Shown piece after piece: positions 17,426 to 27,157 of a DNA stretch of 64,000 nucleotides. Position 1 is the first letter of the stretch, and each line of letters opens with the position of its first letter. The stretch lies in NCBI GenBank assembly GCA_034419075.1, contig DAOULR010000007.1:802-64801 (forward strand). The letters run 5' to 3'. The DNA is from Dehalococcoidales bacterium (GTDB lineage Bacteria; Chloroflexota; Dehalococcoidia; Dehalococcoidales; BS750m-G39). The position numbers and the translations under genes are program-made. The notes under the pieces were generated by a model that worked only from the letters and a program-made list of their open reading frames with translations, searched no databases and was not told the origin of the DNA.

Positions 17426-18535
17426 CTAAAACATGGTGGGGGTTTGTATTTCCGGGGGTTTTTCTTTGGGGGTTTTGGGTTTTTTTCTTTCGGGCTTGGG
17501 CTTGGGGGCAATCTTTTCGGCCATTCTCATGGCGTATTGGTCGGTCATGCCGGCGATATAGTCGACCACCCGTCGTTCTACCTTGGCGCTGTAGTAACTG
17601 TATTCGGGGGGCATTTTGTCTTCATATTCGTTGAAGTACTTGTAGAGACGGCGGACTATCTCCCGCGCCCTTTCTGATTCTTCCTGGGCGGAGCGGATAT
17701 TATAGACGCGCTCGAAGAGGAAGTGACGCAGGTTATTGGTCGCTTCTAAAATCTCGGGGCTCATAGATAGGGTGGGGTTTTCAATTCCGCCTTCCCTGAT
17801 AGCCCAGGAATGTTCGATGATGTCGCAGACCATAGTATTTATACGCTTGGAGTGGGTGTTGCCCAGCTTGGCGATAGTCAGTACGGGCAGGTCGCCCTCA
17901 GTAATCATGGCCGCCCTGATGGCATCGTCGATATCGTGATTGATATAGGCCACCGAATCAGAAATCTTGACCACAGCGCCCTCAAAGGTGCTTGGTTTGC
18001 CGCTCTCCTCACCCATTATGTCCTCTTCCGTCTTGGAGTGGTTCAAAATACCGTCGCGTACCTCCCAGGTGAGATTAAGCCCCTTTCCGTCTTTCTCCAG
18101 CTTTTCCACGACGCGTAGGCTCTGCTCGTTGTGGCTGAAGCCAGGCTGGTAAAGCTCGTTTAGGACATCTTCGCCGACATGGCCGAATGGGGTATGGCCC
18201 AGGTCGTGCCCCAGGGCGATAGCCTCGGTCAGGTCCTCGTTGAGGTTCAGGGCGCGGGCAATAGTTCGGGCGATCTGCGCCACCTCCAGGGTGTGGGTGA
18301 GGCGGGTAACGTAGTGGTCGCCGAGGGGGGCGATAAATACCTGAGTCTTATGCTTGAGCCGCCGAAAGGACTTGCTGTGGATGATACGGTCGCGGTCATG
18401 CTGAAAGACAGTGCGCACCGCGTCGGGCTTTTCCTCCCGCTCGCGGCCCTTTGAGTCCTTACTCTTGACAGCATTAGGGGAGAGGCTTTCTTCCCCTTCT
18501 TCGATAAGCTGGCGTATGTTTAGCTCATCAATCAT
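17426..18535 (-). CDS. dGTPase-like HD-domain triphosphohydrolase
   Basis: FQHDRDRIIHSKSFRRLKHKTQVF and HSFEV-like THTLEVAQI motifs, plus the HD pair GHDLGHTPFGH. Carries a Lys/Pro-rich C-terminal tail. Confidence 0.85.
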   Translation of the reverse strand: MIDELNIRQLIEEGEESLSPNAVKSKDSKGREREEKPDAVRTVFQHDRDRIIHSKSFRRLKHKTQVFIAPLGDHYVTRLTHTLEVAQIARTIARALNLNEDLTEAIALGHDLGHTPFGHVGEDVLNELYQPGFSHNEQSLRVVEKLEKDGKGLNLTWEVRDGILNHSKTEEDIMGEESGKPSTFEGAVVKISDSVAYINHDIDDAIRAAMITEGDLPVLTIAKLGNTHSKRINTMVCDIIEHSWAIREGGIENPTLSMSPEILEATNNLRHFLFERVYNIRSAQEESERAREIVRRLYKYFNEYEDKMPPEYSYYSAKVERRVVDYIAGMTDQYAMRMAEKIAPKPKPERKKPKTPKEKPPEIQTPTMF

Positions 18536-20790
18536 TTGCCCTTCAGCTTAGCTTCGGCCTTGGCGATTATCTCACGGGTGGTGCCAATCATATCCGGGCT
18601 TACCGAAACCGAGTTTATGCCCCATCCCACCAGCTTTTCGGTAAGCTCGGGGTAGACCGAGGGCGCTTGCCCACATATGGATGAGGTAACACCCATCTTC
18701 TTGGAGACGGTAATAGCCCTCTCCAGGGCGACAAGTACCGCCTCGTTGCGTTCGTCGAAGGTGCTGGCCAGCTTTTCGCTGTCACGGTCAATGCCCAGGA
18801 TAAGTTGGGTGAGGTCGTTGGAACCGATGGAGATGCCGTCGATGCCGACGGCCAGGAATTTCTCAATGAGAAATATGTTAGAGGGCACCTCGACCATCAT
18901 CCAGAGCTTGAAGTCTTTAGAGCGCTTTAAGCCCTCGGCCTCTAAAAGCTGTTTGGTGCGGTCGAGCTCGTCCACGGTGCGGACGAAGGGTATCATCACC
19001 CAGAGGTTCTTGAACTTCTCCCTGACCTTCTTGATGGCTTCTATCTCCAGTCTAAAGACCTCAATATCGGTGATATATCTAGAGGCGCCTCTGTAGCCAA
19101 TCATGGGGTTTTCCTCTTCCGCCTCGAACTCCTCGCCGCCCTTGAGGGCGCGGTATTCGTTGGTCTTGAAGTCGGTGGTGCGGTAGACGACGGGGCGGGG
19201 GTTGAAGGCCTTGGCGAAGGTGTTGATGCCTGCGTAGAGCTTATCCACGAATTCCTGACCCCGGTTTTGTTTTATCATGTACTGGGGGTGCTCGTTAATC
19301 TGGGCAACCATGAACTCGGCGCGCAACAGCCCCACGCCGTCCACGTTGCGCTTGGCCACGTTTTCGGCCAACTCAGGCTGAGCCAGGTTGACATAAACCT
19401 TGGTCTCGGTCTTAATAGACTCCCTGATGGCATCGGCCACGGCGGTGGTCTTTATTCTTCGGGTGACCTTGCCGTCGTATATTTTGCCGTGCGAGCCGTC
19501 TACGGTGATTATCTGGCCGTTCTTGATGGTGGTGGTTGCCTTCTCGGCGCCAACGACGCAGGGTATGCCCAACTCGCGGCTGACGATGGCGGCGTGGGCG
19601 GTACGGCCGCCGCGGTCGGTGACGATGGCCACGGCGCGTTTCATGGCGGGAACAAAGTCGGGGGTGGTCATCTCGGCCACCAGGACGTCGCCCGTTTTTA
19701 CCTCGTCTATCCGCGAGGCGTCGGGAACGACACGGGCAGGCCCCGAGGCTATGCCCGGGCTGGCCTTATCGCCGCTTAGGAGCACGGGGTTGGCGATTTC
19801 GGGCTCGACCTCAGCCTTTTCCCTTATCGTGGTCACGGGGCGGGTCTGCACTATATAAATATGGTCATCTTCCTTAGCCCATTCGATGTCCTGGGGGAAG
19901 TTGTAGTGCTTTTCTATCTTTTTGCCCAGCTGGGCCAGCTTGGTGATTTCACTTTCGCTGAGCTTGGGTTTGGACTTGGAGGAGGCGGGGATGGGTTTCC
20001 AGATGTTGGCCTCTTTAGCTTTGGGGTCGGGGTTCTTGACGAGCTGTGTCTCCTGAGTAACCGTCTTGCGCTTGAGGATTTTGAGGCTTTCCTTGTTGAT
20101 GACATAGAGGTCAGGGGTTACCTCACCGGAGACGATGGCCTCGCCCAGCCCGAAGACGGCTTCGATAACAATCCGGTCGCTGGCGCTGGTCACCGGTTCC
20201 AGGGTGAACATGACGCCCGAGGTCTTGGACTGCACCATCTTTTGCACGGGCACGGCGATGCCCACCTTGAAGTGGTCGAAGCCCTGATGGTGGCGGTAGA
20301 AGATAGCCCTTGGCTCAAAGAGCGACGCCCAGCATTCCTGCACGGCCCTGACCACCTCTTTGCCCCCCTCTACATTGAGGAAGGTGCGCTGCTGGCCGGC
20401 AAAGGAGGCTTCGGGCAGGTCTTCGGCCGTGGCCGAGGAGCGCACCGCCACCAGCCCGTCGCCGATTTCCTTATAGGCTTTTTCGATATTTTCGGCCAGT
20501 TCGGGGGGCATGGGGGTGTCAAGGATGAGCTTTTTGACGACGCTGGCTACCTGCTGGAGCTGTTTGCTGTTGCTGGTGTCGAGGGGCTTGAGCCAGCTGT
20601 TGATTTTGTCCCTGAGCGATGACCTGTCAACGAAGTCAAAGTAGGCGTTGGCGGTGACAATGAAACCGGGGGGGACGGGCATGCCGGCTCGGGTCATTTC
20701 GCCTAGATTGGCGCCCTTGCCGCCGACGATATTGACATCGTCTTTGCCGACTTCATTGAAGAGGACAATTGCCTGTTGACCTTGCTGCAT
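18532..20790 (-). CDS. ppsA: Phosphoenolpyruvate synthase (pyruvate, water dikinase)
   Basis: 752 aa. N-terminal ATP-grasp (VGGKGANLGEM), phospho-His swivel domain TDRGGRTAHAAIVSRELGIPCVVG, and C-terminal PEP-utilizer barrel (ISIGSNDLTQL). Confidence 0.9.
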   Translation of the reverse strand: MQQGQQAIVLFNEVGKDDVNIVGGKGANLGEMTRAGMPVPPGFIVTANAYFDFVDRSSLRDKINSWLKPLDTSNSKQLQQVASVVKKLILDTPMPPELAENIEKAYKEIGDGLVAVRSSATAEDLPEASFAGQQRTFLNVEGGKEVVRAVQECWASLFEPRAIFYRHHQGFDHFKVGIAVPVQKMVQSKTSGVMFTLEPVTSASDRIVIEAVFGLGEAIVSGEVTPDLYVINKESLKILKRKTVTQETQLVKNPDPKAKEANIWKPIPASSKSKPKLSESEITKLAQLGKKIEKHYNFPQDIEWAKEDDHIYIVQTRPVTTIREKAEVEPEIANPVLLSGDKASPGIASGPARVVPDASRIDEVKTGDVLVAEMTTPDFVPAMKRAVAIVTDRGGRTAHAAIVSRELGIPCVVGAEKATTTIKNGQIITVDGSHGKIYDGKVTRRIKTTAVADAIRESIKTETKVYVNLAQPELAENVAKRNVDGVGLLRAEFMVAQINEHPQYMIKQNRGQEFVDKLYAGINTFAKAFNPRPVVYRTTDFKTNEYRALKGGEEFEAEEENPMIGYRGASRYITDIEVFRLEIEAIKKVREKFKNLWVMIPFVRTVDELDRTKQLLEAEGLKRSKDFKLWMMVEVPSNIFLIEKFLAVGIDGISIGSNDLTQLILGIDRDSEKLASTFDERNEAVLVALERAITVSKKMGVTSSICGQAPSVYPELTEKLVGWGINSVSVSPDMIGTTREIIAKAEAKLKGK

Positions 20791-20859
20791 GTTGCTGCCT
20801 CCTTAACGATTCAATATGCGGGGGGAAATATAGGCCACGGGCCGATTTATCACTTGGCT

Positions 20860-20868
20860 ATTATACCA
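20860..20868 (-). promoter_or_regulatory. Extended -10 box TGgTATAAT upstream of ppsA
   Basis: Minus strand reads gttaTGgTATAATagcc about 70 nt upstream of the ppsA ATG. That ATG has a strong aaggagg SD. Confidence 0.35.
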
Positions 20869-20902
20869 TAACGGGTTAGAGGTTTTAAGCTGGCTTTCTT
20901 TA

Positions 20903-20931
20903 TTGACAGTGGAGAAGCGGAGGAGTAAAAT
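20903..20931 (+). promoter_or_regulatory. Near-consensus sigma-70 promoter for bifunctional nuclease gene
   Basis: TTGACA (20903..20908), 17-nt spacer, TAAAAT (20926..20931), 36 nt upstream of the ATG at 20967. Confidence 0.5.
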
Positions 20932-20966
20932 CTAGGTGCTGGTGAGATAGAGGAGGTTTTCGGTAC

Positions 20967-21512
20967 ATGATAGAGATGCTTATTGATAGTATCCGAGTGA
21001 GCCTGATGAACTATCAGCGGGTGGTGATTCTGAAGGAAAAGGACTCTGACCGCTATTTGCCCATCTGGATAGGTCCCGCCGAAGCCGACGCTATTGCCGT
21101 GAAGCTGCAGGACGTCAACGTGCCCCGTCCCCTGACCCACGACCTGTTGCGCTCCGTCATCGATACGCTGGGGGCGAGCATCAACTCTATCGTCGTCAGC
21201 GAGCTTAAGAACGACACCTTTTACGCCAAGATTGTGCTTAACGTGGACGGAGGACAGATGGAGGTGGACTCCCGACCCAGCGATGCCTTGGCGCTGGCGG
21301 TGAGGGCAAACGTGCCTATCTTCGCTGAGGAGGTCGTGCTGGATAAGGCCGGCATCCTGCTGGATAAGGAGACGGGCAAGCCGATACAGGAGGCGGAGTC
21401 GGGGGAGGCGGGGGGCAAGAAGCCCAGCGAGGAAGAGTTGAAGAAGATGTCCGCTTTCTACGACTTTATCAATACCCTCGACCTGGAGGATTTCGACAAG
21501 CGCAAGTCTTAA
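20967..21512 (+). CDS. Bifunctional nuclease (BFN/DUF151) family protein
   Basis: 181 aa. LPIWIGPAEADAI and RPLTHDL motifs typical of the BFN domain. Acidic C-terminal tail. Confidence 0.75.
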   Translation: MIEMLIDSIRVSLMNYQRVVILKEKDSDRYLPIWIGPAEADAIAVKLQDVNVPRPLTHDLLRSVIDTLGASINSIVVSELKNDTFYAKIVLNVDGGQMEVDSRPSDALALAVRANVPIFAEEVVLDKAGILLDKETGKPIQEAESGEAGGKKPSEEELKKMSAFYDFINTLDLEDFDKRKS

Positions 21513-21544
21513 AAGACGGCTTTGGATTATTAAGAAAATAGCTA

Positions 21545-21574
21545 GCCCTGGAACGGAAAGAACCGGGGCTTTTT
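21545..21574 (+). terminator. Candidate rho-independent terminator after BFN gene
   Basis: 7-bp stem gccctgg/ccggggc (one G:U pair), 11-nt loop, then TTTTT. Confidence 0.45.
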
Positions 21575-21588
21575 GTTGGCTGGTGAGC

Positions 21589-21617
21589 TTGACCAACCAG
21601 CGCAGATTTGGTATGCT
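21589..21617 (+). promoter_or_regulatory. Candidate promoter of the ATP synthase operon
   Basis: TTGACC, 17 nt, TGgTATGCT. The -10 ends 9 nt before the ATG at 21627. Confidence 0.4.
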
Positions 21618-21626
21618 GCACAGGGC

Positions 21627-21851
21627 ATGAGCAGGTGGGTAGCGGCATTAAGATTCATCGGGGTGGGGTGGTTCGTTGGTATCTCGATTCTGGGTGGGGT
21701 GTGGGGTGGTCTCTGGCTGGATAATAAGTTCGGTACCAAGCCTATCCTGGTGATTGTAGGCTTAATCTTGGGTCTGATTGTGGCTTTCTATGGCGTTTAT
21801 CGCATGCTGTTGCCGTTCATACGTAATAAGCAAGACAAGGGGAATGGCTAG
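21627..21851 (+). CDS. AtpZ/AtpI-like small membrane protein of the ATP synthase operon
   Basis: 74 aa from the ATG at 21627 (the ORF track starts at TTG 21573). Two TM helices (FIGVGWFVGISILGGVWGGLWLD, PILVIVGLILGLIVAFYGVY). Sits immediately upstream of atpB. Confidence 0.7.
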   Translation: MSRWVAALRFIGVGWFVGISILGGVWGGLWLDNKFGTKPILVIVGLILGLIVAFYGVYRMLLPFIRNKQDKGNG

Positions 21852-22819
21852 TGGCTGAAAAAAAGCGAGGCTGCCTGGGCTGTTCCTTTCCGCTCGTTAT
21901 CGGGCTTCTGGTCGTTTTCCTTGCCCTCTTCATAGTCGGCTTCGTTATCGGTCCCCTAGGCCAGAGTATGCTCGGCATAGAGATGCCCGAATGGCTCAGT
22001 GGTCTGGTTGTTGATAGGCCTGCCCCCCACCTCCCTGCCGAGACAGTTTTCCACATCTTCGGCTTTCCCATTACTAACAGCGTTATCGGCGCCTGGATTA
22101 CCATCATCGTTTTGGTTGGGGTTTCCTACATCATCACCCGCCGCATGAAGCTGGTTCCGGGACGGCTGCAGGCCGCCTTTGAGTTTTTAATCGGCTGGCT
22201 CTATGACCTCTGCGTCAGCGTGGCCGGCGAGGAAAACGGACGGCGTTTCTTCCCGGTGGTGGCCACTATCTTCCTCTTTGTCGGCTTTAACGCCTGGCTG
22301 GCGCTTTTGCCTGGCTTCGGCTCCATCACTGCCCATACCGCCGAGGGGGAGATACACCTGATTCGGGCGGCCAATACCGACATCAATATGCCGCTGGCAC
22401 TGGCGTTGACCTCTTTCATCTTTGTCGAGTTCTACGGGTTGAAGACGCTGGGTATCCGCTACATCGGCAAGTTTCTTAATTTCAGGGAGCTTTTGCGGGC
22501 TATTCGCCAGATTTTCAGGGGCAGGGTGATAGCAGGTGCCCAGGGGTTGTTCACGGGGGGCATGACCGTTTTTGCCGGCCTGCTGGAGGGTTTGAGCGAG
22601 TTTATCCGCATAATCAGCCTTACCTTCCGACTTTTCGGCAACATGACGGCGGGAGAAATCCTGCTCTTGGTGGTCGCTTTCCTCATCCCCTGGCTGTTCG
22701 CCATACCCTTCTACGGACTGGAGCTGCTTATCGGCTTTATTCAGGCGATTATCTTCGGCGGTCTGACGCTTATTTTCCTGACGCTGGCGGTGCAGCCTCA
22801 CGAAGAAGAGGCGCACTGA
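21851..22819 (+). CDS. atpB: F0F1 ATP synthase subunit a
   Basis: GTG start. Conserved LTFRLFGNMTAGE (essential Arg) motif. Polytopic. Confidence 0.92.
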   Translation: MAEKKRGCLGCSFPLVIGLLVVFLALFIVGFVIGPLGQSMLGIEMPEWLSGLVVDRPAPHLPAETVFHIFGFPITNSVIGAWITIIVLVGVSYIITRRMKLVPGRLQAAFEFLIGWLYDLCVSVAGEENGRRFFPVVATIFLFVGFNAWLALLPGFGSITAHTAEGEIHLIRAANTDINMPLALALTSFIFVEFYGLKTLGIRYIGKFLNFRELLRAIRQIFRGRVIAGAQGLFTGGMTVFAGLLEGLSEFIRIISLTFRLFGNMTAGEILLLVVAFLIPWLFAIPFYGLELLIGFIQAIIFGGLTLIFLTLAVQPHEEEAH

Positions 22820-22826
22820 AAAATAA

Positions 22827-23093
<267 letters not shown>

Positions 23094-23113
23094 AAAGCTT
23101 CTAGGAGGAAATC

Positions 23114-23224
23114 ATGGAACAGGATGGATTACCTTCGTTTGTCGGCATGATTATCGCCGCCGCAGTGGTGGGGGCCCTGGTTGTAGCCGGAATAGTGCTG
23201 CTGGCCGTGTTTACGCTGCTGTAG
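23114..23224 (+). CDS. 36-aa hydrophobic micro-ORF between atpE and atpF
   Basis: Not in the ORF track (<60 aa). AGGAGG at 23103..23108, 5 nt before the ATG. Translation is MEQDGLPSFVGMIIAAAVVGALVVAGIVLLAVFTLL*, a single TM helix. Confidence 0.5.
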   Translation: MEQDGLPSFVGMIIAAAVVGALVVAGIVLLAVFTLL

Positions 23225-23317
23225 GCATTGGCGGCGTTTTCGGTTCCGGTTAGAACCTGGCTTCGCATACACTTTTTGGCGGAGTCAAGACAGTTTTGTA
23301 ACCAGAGGGGGTGAAAA

Positions 23318-23827
23318 ATGGGAGGACTGGACAGTCTGGGCATAAATATGCCAACGTTGATAGCGCAGCTTATCAATGTCGTTATCCTTTTCGGGCTGCT
23401 CTACTTGGTGGCTTATAAGCCCCTGATGCGGATGCTCGACGAGCGTTCGCGTCGGGTAAAAGAGAGCATGGAGCAGACGGAGCAGATAAAGCAGCAGGCG
23501 GAGCGCGCTGAGGAGGAAGCGACCAAGCGGATTGCCGACGCGGGCAAGGAGGGTGAGGAGGTTATTGCGCGGGCGATGCGCACTGGGGAAGAGGTAAGGA
23601 AAGAGACGCAGGCGCAGGCAAAGCAGGAGGCCGAGACCCTTATCGCGCGGGCGCGGGCCGAGATACAGCAGGAGCGCAATGAGGCCGTAGGTGAGCTGCG
23701 CAAGGAGTTCGCCGACCTGACGGTAACAGCGGCGGAGAAGGTCATCGACCGTTCTCTGGACAAGAAAGCCCACCGCGACCTCATCGATAAGGTGCTGGAA
23801 GAATCACCCAGCCTGAAGAAGAAATAA
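23318..23827 (+). CDS. atpF: F0F1 ATP synthase subunit b
   Basis: N-terminal TM helix then a long charged helix (EQTEQIKQQAERAEEEA...). Position in operon fits. Confidence 0.9.
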   Translation: MGGLDSLGINMPTLIAQLINVVILFGLLYLVAYKPLMRMLDERSRRVKESMEQTEQIKQQAERAEEEATKRIADAGKEGEEVIARAMRTGEEVRKETQAQAKQEAETLIARARAEIQQERNEAVGELRKEFADLTVTAAEKVIDRSLDKKAHRDLIDKVLEESPSLKKK

Positions 23828-23847
23828 CCGTTATTTAGGGAGTCAAC

Positions 23848-24390
23848 GTGGCCAGAAGAGTTTGTGCCAGGCGCTATGCCAGGGCGGTTTTCGAGATTGC
23901 CCTGGAAAGAAAAGAGCTTGATAAATGGCGGGATGACCTGGAGAAGATTGCCGCCCTGGGGGGTGCTGCCGAATTTATGGAGCTTATAGAGAACCCCAAG
24001 GTCGGCTTCGATAAGAAGGAAAAGATTCTCGCCAAGCTGCTGGGCGATATAAATCCCTTGGCGCGGAACCTGGTTTACCTGCTGGTGAGCCGCGGGCGGT
24101 TCGGTATGATAGACGATATCGCCGAGGAATACCACCGCCTGCTCGACGGCTATCGGGGCATTGAGCACGCCGAGGTGGTTACCGCCGTACCCCTGGACGA
24201 TAGGGAGAAGAAGAAGCTGGAGGAGCACTTGGGGGCAGTGATGGGTAAGAAGATAGTGCTTGAGTCCAGCGTTGACCCCAACCTGGTGGGGGGAATGATT
24301 GCCAGGGTCGGCGGCAAGCTGCTCGACGCCAGCACCCATAGCCAGCTGCTGGCGTTGAAGAAAGAGCTGGCCGCGGGCGGACTAAAGTGA
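23848..24390 (+). CDS. atpH: F0F1 ATP synthase subunit delta
   Basis: GTG start. YARAVFEIA OSCP-type N-terminus. Operon position fits. Confidence 0.88.
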   Translation: MARRVCARRYARAVFEIALERKELDKWRDDLEKIAALGGAAEFMELIENPKVGFDKKEKILAKLLGDINPLARNLVYLLVSRGRFGMIDDIAEEYHRLLDGYRGIEHAEVVTAVPLDDREKKKLEEHLGAVMGKKIVLESSVDPNLVGGMIARVGGKLLDASTHSQLLALKKELAAGGLK

Positions 24391-24407
24391 AGAAGGAGGT
24401 GGCTTAG

Positions 24408-25919
24408 GTGACTATAAGAGGACAGGACATTGTTTCCGTTATCAAAAAACAAATCGAGCAGTTCGGGGCGCCACTTAAGATGGTCGATGTCGGCAACGTC
24501 ATCGAAATCGGCGACGGCATCGCTCGTATTCACGGGTTGGCGGCGGCCAAGTATAACGAGCTGCTGCAGTTCCCCAACGACGTCATGGGCATCGCCCTGA
24601 ACTTGGAGGAGGACAGCGTCGCCGCCGTTATCATGGGCGACTATACCTCCATCAAGGAGGGGGACGAGGTGCGCTGCACCGGGCGTGTTTCCGAGGTCCC
24701 CGTGGGCGAGGCCCTTATCGGGCGGGTGGTCGATGCTCTGGGCAATCCCCTCGACGGGCAGGGAGCCATCAAGACCAAGAAGACAATGCCCATGGAGAGG
24801 ATAGCGCCTAACGTTACCCGCCGTAAGTCGGTGGACACACCGGTGCAGACGGGCATCAAGGCCATCGACAGCCTGATTCCCCTGGGCAGGGGGCAGCGAG
24901 AGCTTATCATCGGCGACCGCTCCACGGGTAAGACGGCCATCACCCTGGATACCATAATCAATCAAAAGGGCGGCGACCTTATCTGTATCTACGTCGCCAT
25001 CGGGCAGAAGGCGTCTAAAGTAGCGCGCGTCGTGGCCACATTAGAGGAGCACGGCGCCATGGAGCACACCATCGTAGTGGCGGCTAACGCCTCCGATTCA
25101 GTGGCCATGCAGTACCTGGCGCCCTACGCGGGCTGCGCCATGGGCGAATACTTTATGGAGGAGGGCAAGGACGCCCTGGTTATTTACGACGACCTTTCCA
25201 AACACGGCTGGGCCTACCGGCAGCTTTCCTTACTCCTACGCCGTCCACCGGGACGGGAGGCCTATCCGGGGGATGTTTTCTACCTGCACAGCCGACTGCT
25301 GGAGAGGGCGGCTAAATACGCCCCCGAATACGGGGGAGGTTCGCTGACGGCTTTGCCCATCATCGAAACGCAGGCGGGCGACATGTCGGCTTACATTCCG
25401 ACCAACGTCATCTCCATCACCGACGGCCAGATGTACCTGGAGACCGACCTCTTTAACGCGGGTAATCGCCCGGCGCTGAACGCGGGGCTTTCGGTATCGC
25501 GCGTGGGTAGCGCCGCTCAGACCAAAGCCATGAAACAGGTGGCGGGCAAGCTGAGGCTGGAATTAGTCCAGTTCCGCGAGCTGGCTGCCTTCGCCCAGTT
25601 TGGTACCTCCGAGCTGGATAAGGCGACCAGAGCGCAATTAGAGCGCGGTCAGCGTATCACCGAGGTCCTGAAGCAACCTCAATACGTGCCCATGTCGCTG
25701 GATAAGCAGGTTGCCATCCTCTACGCCGCTATCAACGGCTACCTGGACGATGTTCCCGTGGATAAAGCCACCGCCTTCGAAGCCAGCTTCCACCGTTTTA
25801 TGGAGGCCAATCACCCCGAAATCGGCAAGACGATTAATAAGGATAAGGAAATAAGCGACAAAACTGAGGAGGCTTTAAAGAAAGCCATCGACGAGTTCAA
25901 GAAGGGGATGAGCTTATAA
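24408..25919 (+). CDS. atpA: F0F1 ATP synthase subunit alpha
   Basis: GDRSTGKT Walker A and the conserved alpha-type stretch [26 protein letters not shown]. Confidence 0.96.
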   Translation: MTIRGQDIVSVIKKQIEQFGAPLKMVDVGNVIEIGDGIARIHGLAAAKYNELLQFPNDVMGIALNLEEDSVAAVIMGDYTSIKEGDEVRCTGRVSEVPVGEALIGRVVDALGNPLDGQGAIKTKKTMPMERIAPNVTRRKSVDTPVQTGIKAIDSLIPLGRGQRELIIGDRSTGKTAITLDTIINQKGGDLICIYVAIGQKASKVARVVATLEEHGAMEHTIVVAANASDSVAMQYLAPYAGCAMGEYFMEEGKDALVIYDDLSKHGWAYRQLSLLLRRPPGREAYPGDVFYLHSRLLERAAKYAPEYGGGSLTALPIIETQAGDMSAYIPTNVISITDGQMYLETDLFNAGNRPALNAGLSVSRVGSAAQTKAMKQVAGKLRLELVQFRELAAFAQFGTSELDKATRAQLERGQRITEVLKQPQYVPMSLDKQVAILYAAINGYLDDVPVDKATAFEASFHRFMEANHPEIGKTINKDKEISDKTEEALKKAIDEFKKGMSL

Positions 25920-25932
25920 AAGGAGGTAAGCC

Positions 25933-26277
25933 ATGGAAAAGATGATAGCCTACTGCGGGCTAATCTGCACCGACTGCGGAGCTTTTATCGCTACCCAGAA
26001 TAACGACGACGCCAAGAGGAAAGAGGTCGCCGAGGAGTGGACTAAACAATTTAACCACGACTTTAAGCCAGAGGAGATAAACTGCGACGGCTGCATTCCT
26101 ACCACCGGCAAACACGTCGGACATTGCTTCATTTGTGAAGTGAGGAAATGTGGACAGGAAAAGGGCGTGGTCAACTGCGCCTATTGCGACGATTACGCCT
26201 GCGATAAGCTGGAGAAGTACTTCGAGATGGCGCCGATGTTTCGGGCCACCCTGGACGAAATCAGAAAGGGACTGTAG
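25933..26277 (+). CDS. DUF3795-like Cys-rich protein inserted between atpA and atpG
   Basis: 114 aa. aaggagg SD. YCGLICTDCGAF N-terminal motif and further CxxC/CxxxxC clusters (CDGC, CFICEVRKC, CAYCDDYAC). Family call is from memory of DUF3795 hallmarks. Confidence 0.7.
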   Translation: MEKMIAYCGLICTDCGAFIATQNNDDAKRKEVAEEWTKQFNHDFKPEEINCDGCIPTTGKHVGHCFICEVRKCGQEKGVVNCAYCDDYACDKLEKYFEMAPMFRATLDEIRKGL

Positions 26278-26280
26278 ATA

Positions 26281-27138
26281 TTGGCTAACATTCGCTTGAT
26301 AAAGCGGCGCATCAAGGGCGTGCAGTCCACGGCCAAGATTACGCGTGCCATGGAGATGATTGCCACCCTCAAGATGCGAAAGGCGCAGGAGCGCGGTTTG
26401 GCCGGCAGGCCCTATTCTGATAAAATTAGTCAAGTACTGGCTGACCTGGCGGCGCTTTCCCGAGGCACGGAAGCCCCACATCCTTTGCTTCGGAGCCGCC
26501 CGGTTAACAAAATCGCCGTGGTGCATATCACCCCTGACCGGGGGCTTTGCGGGGGGCTTAACGCCAACATCAACCGACTGACGGCGAATTTTATCCTGGA
26601 GCAGAGCGTACCGGTTACCCTTATCAACGTGGGCCGCAAGGGGCTGGAGTTCATGAGGCGCTACGACCGTGAGATCCTCGCCGAGTTTACCCAGCTCGGC
26701 GACCAGCCTAGCCTGCTGGACACGCTGCCGATATCGCGTATCGTTATCGATGATTATACCGACGAAGTGGTCGACCAGGTTTTCCTGGTCTATACCCAGT
26801 TTATTTCGACCATGGTACAGAAACCGTTTATGAAGCAAATCCTTCCCGTCGAACCAGCGGAGATACCCCAGGCACAGAATGTGGAATATATCTACGAACC
26901 CAATCCGCAGGCTGTGCTGGGGGAGCTTTTGCCGCGGTTTGTCGAGATGCAGATATACCACGCTATCCTGGAATCAATCGCCAGCAAGCAGTCGGCGCAG
27001 ATGGTGGCCATGCGTAACGCTACCGAGAACGCCAACGAGCTGATTGAAGACCTGACTTTGATGTATAATAAAGCTAGGCAGGAGTCAATAACCACGGAAC
27101 TGCTGGATATTACTGGCGGAGCTGCGGCTCTGGCTTAG
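26281..27138 (+). CDS. atpG: F0F1 ATP synthase subunit gamma
   Basis: TTG start. IKRRIKGVQSTAKITRAMEMIA N-terminus and ITTELLDITGGAAAL C-terminus. Confidence 0.93.
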   Translation: MANIRLIKRRIKGVQSTAKITRAMEMIATLKMRKAQERGLAGRPYSDKISQVLADLAALSRGTEAPHPLLRSRPVNKIAVVHITPDRGLCGGLNANINRLTANFILEQSVPVTLINVGRKGLEFMRRYDREILAEFTQLGDQPSLLDTLPISRIVIDDYTDEVVDQVFLVYTQFISTMVQKPFMKQILPVEPAEIPQAQNVEYIYEPNPQAVLGELLPRFVEMQIYHAILESIASKQSAQMVAMRNATENANELIEDLTLMYNKARQESITTELLDITGGAAALA

Positions 27139-27157
27139 AAGAAGGAGGATTTTTGTT

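Noticed and set aside
20850-21596. 248-aa ORF antisense to the bifunctional nuclease gene
   Set aside because: It fully shadows a well-supported BFN-family ORF on the other strand. It has an Arg/Leu/Gln/His-rich composition typical of GC-rich antisense frames, with no SD and no recognisable motif.
23413-26961. Three long minus-strand ORFs (308, 271 and 333 aa) across atpF-atpH-atpA-atpG
   Set aside because: They are antisense shadows of highly conserved ATP synthase genes. Their composition is low-complexity Arg/Gly/Leu/Pro and I saw no motifs.
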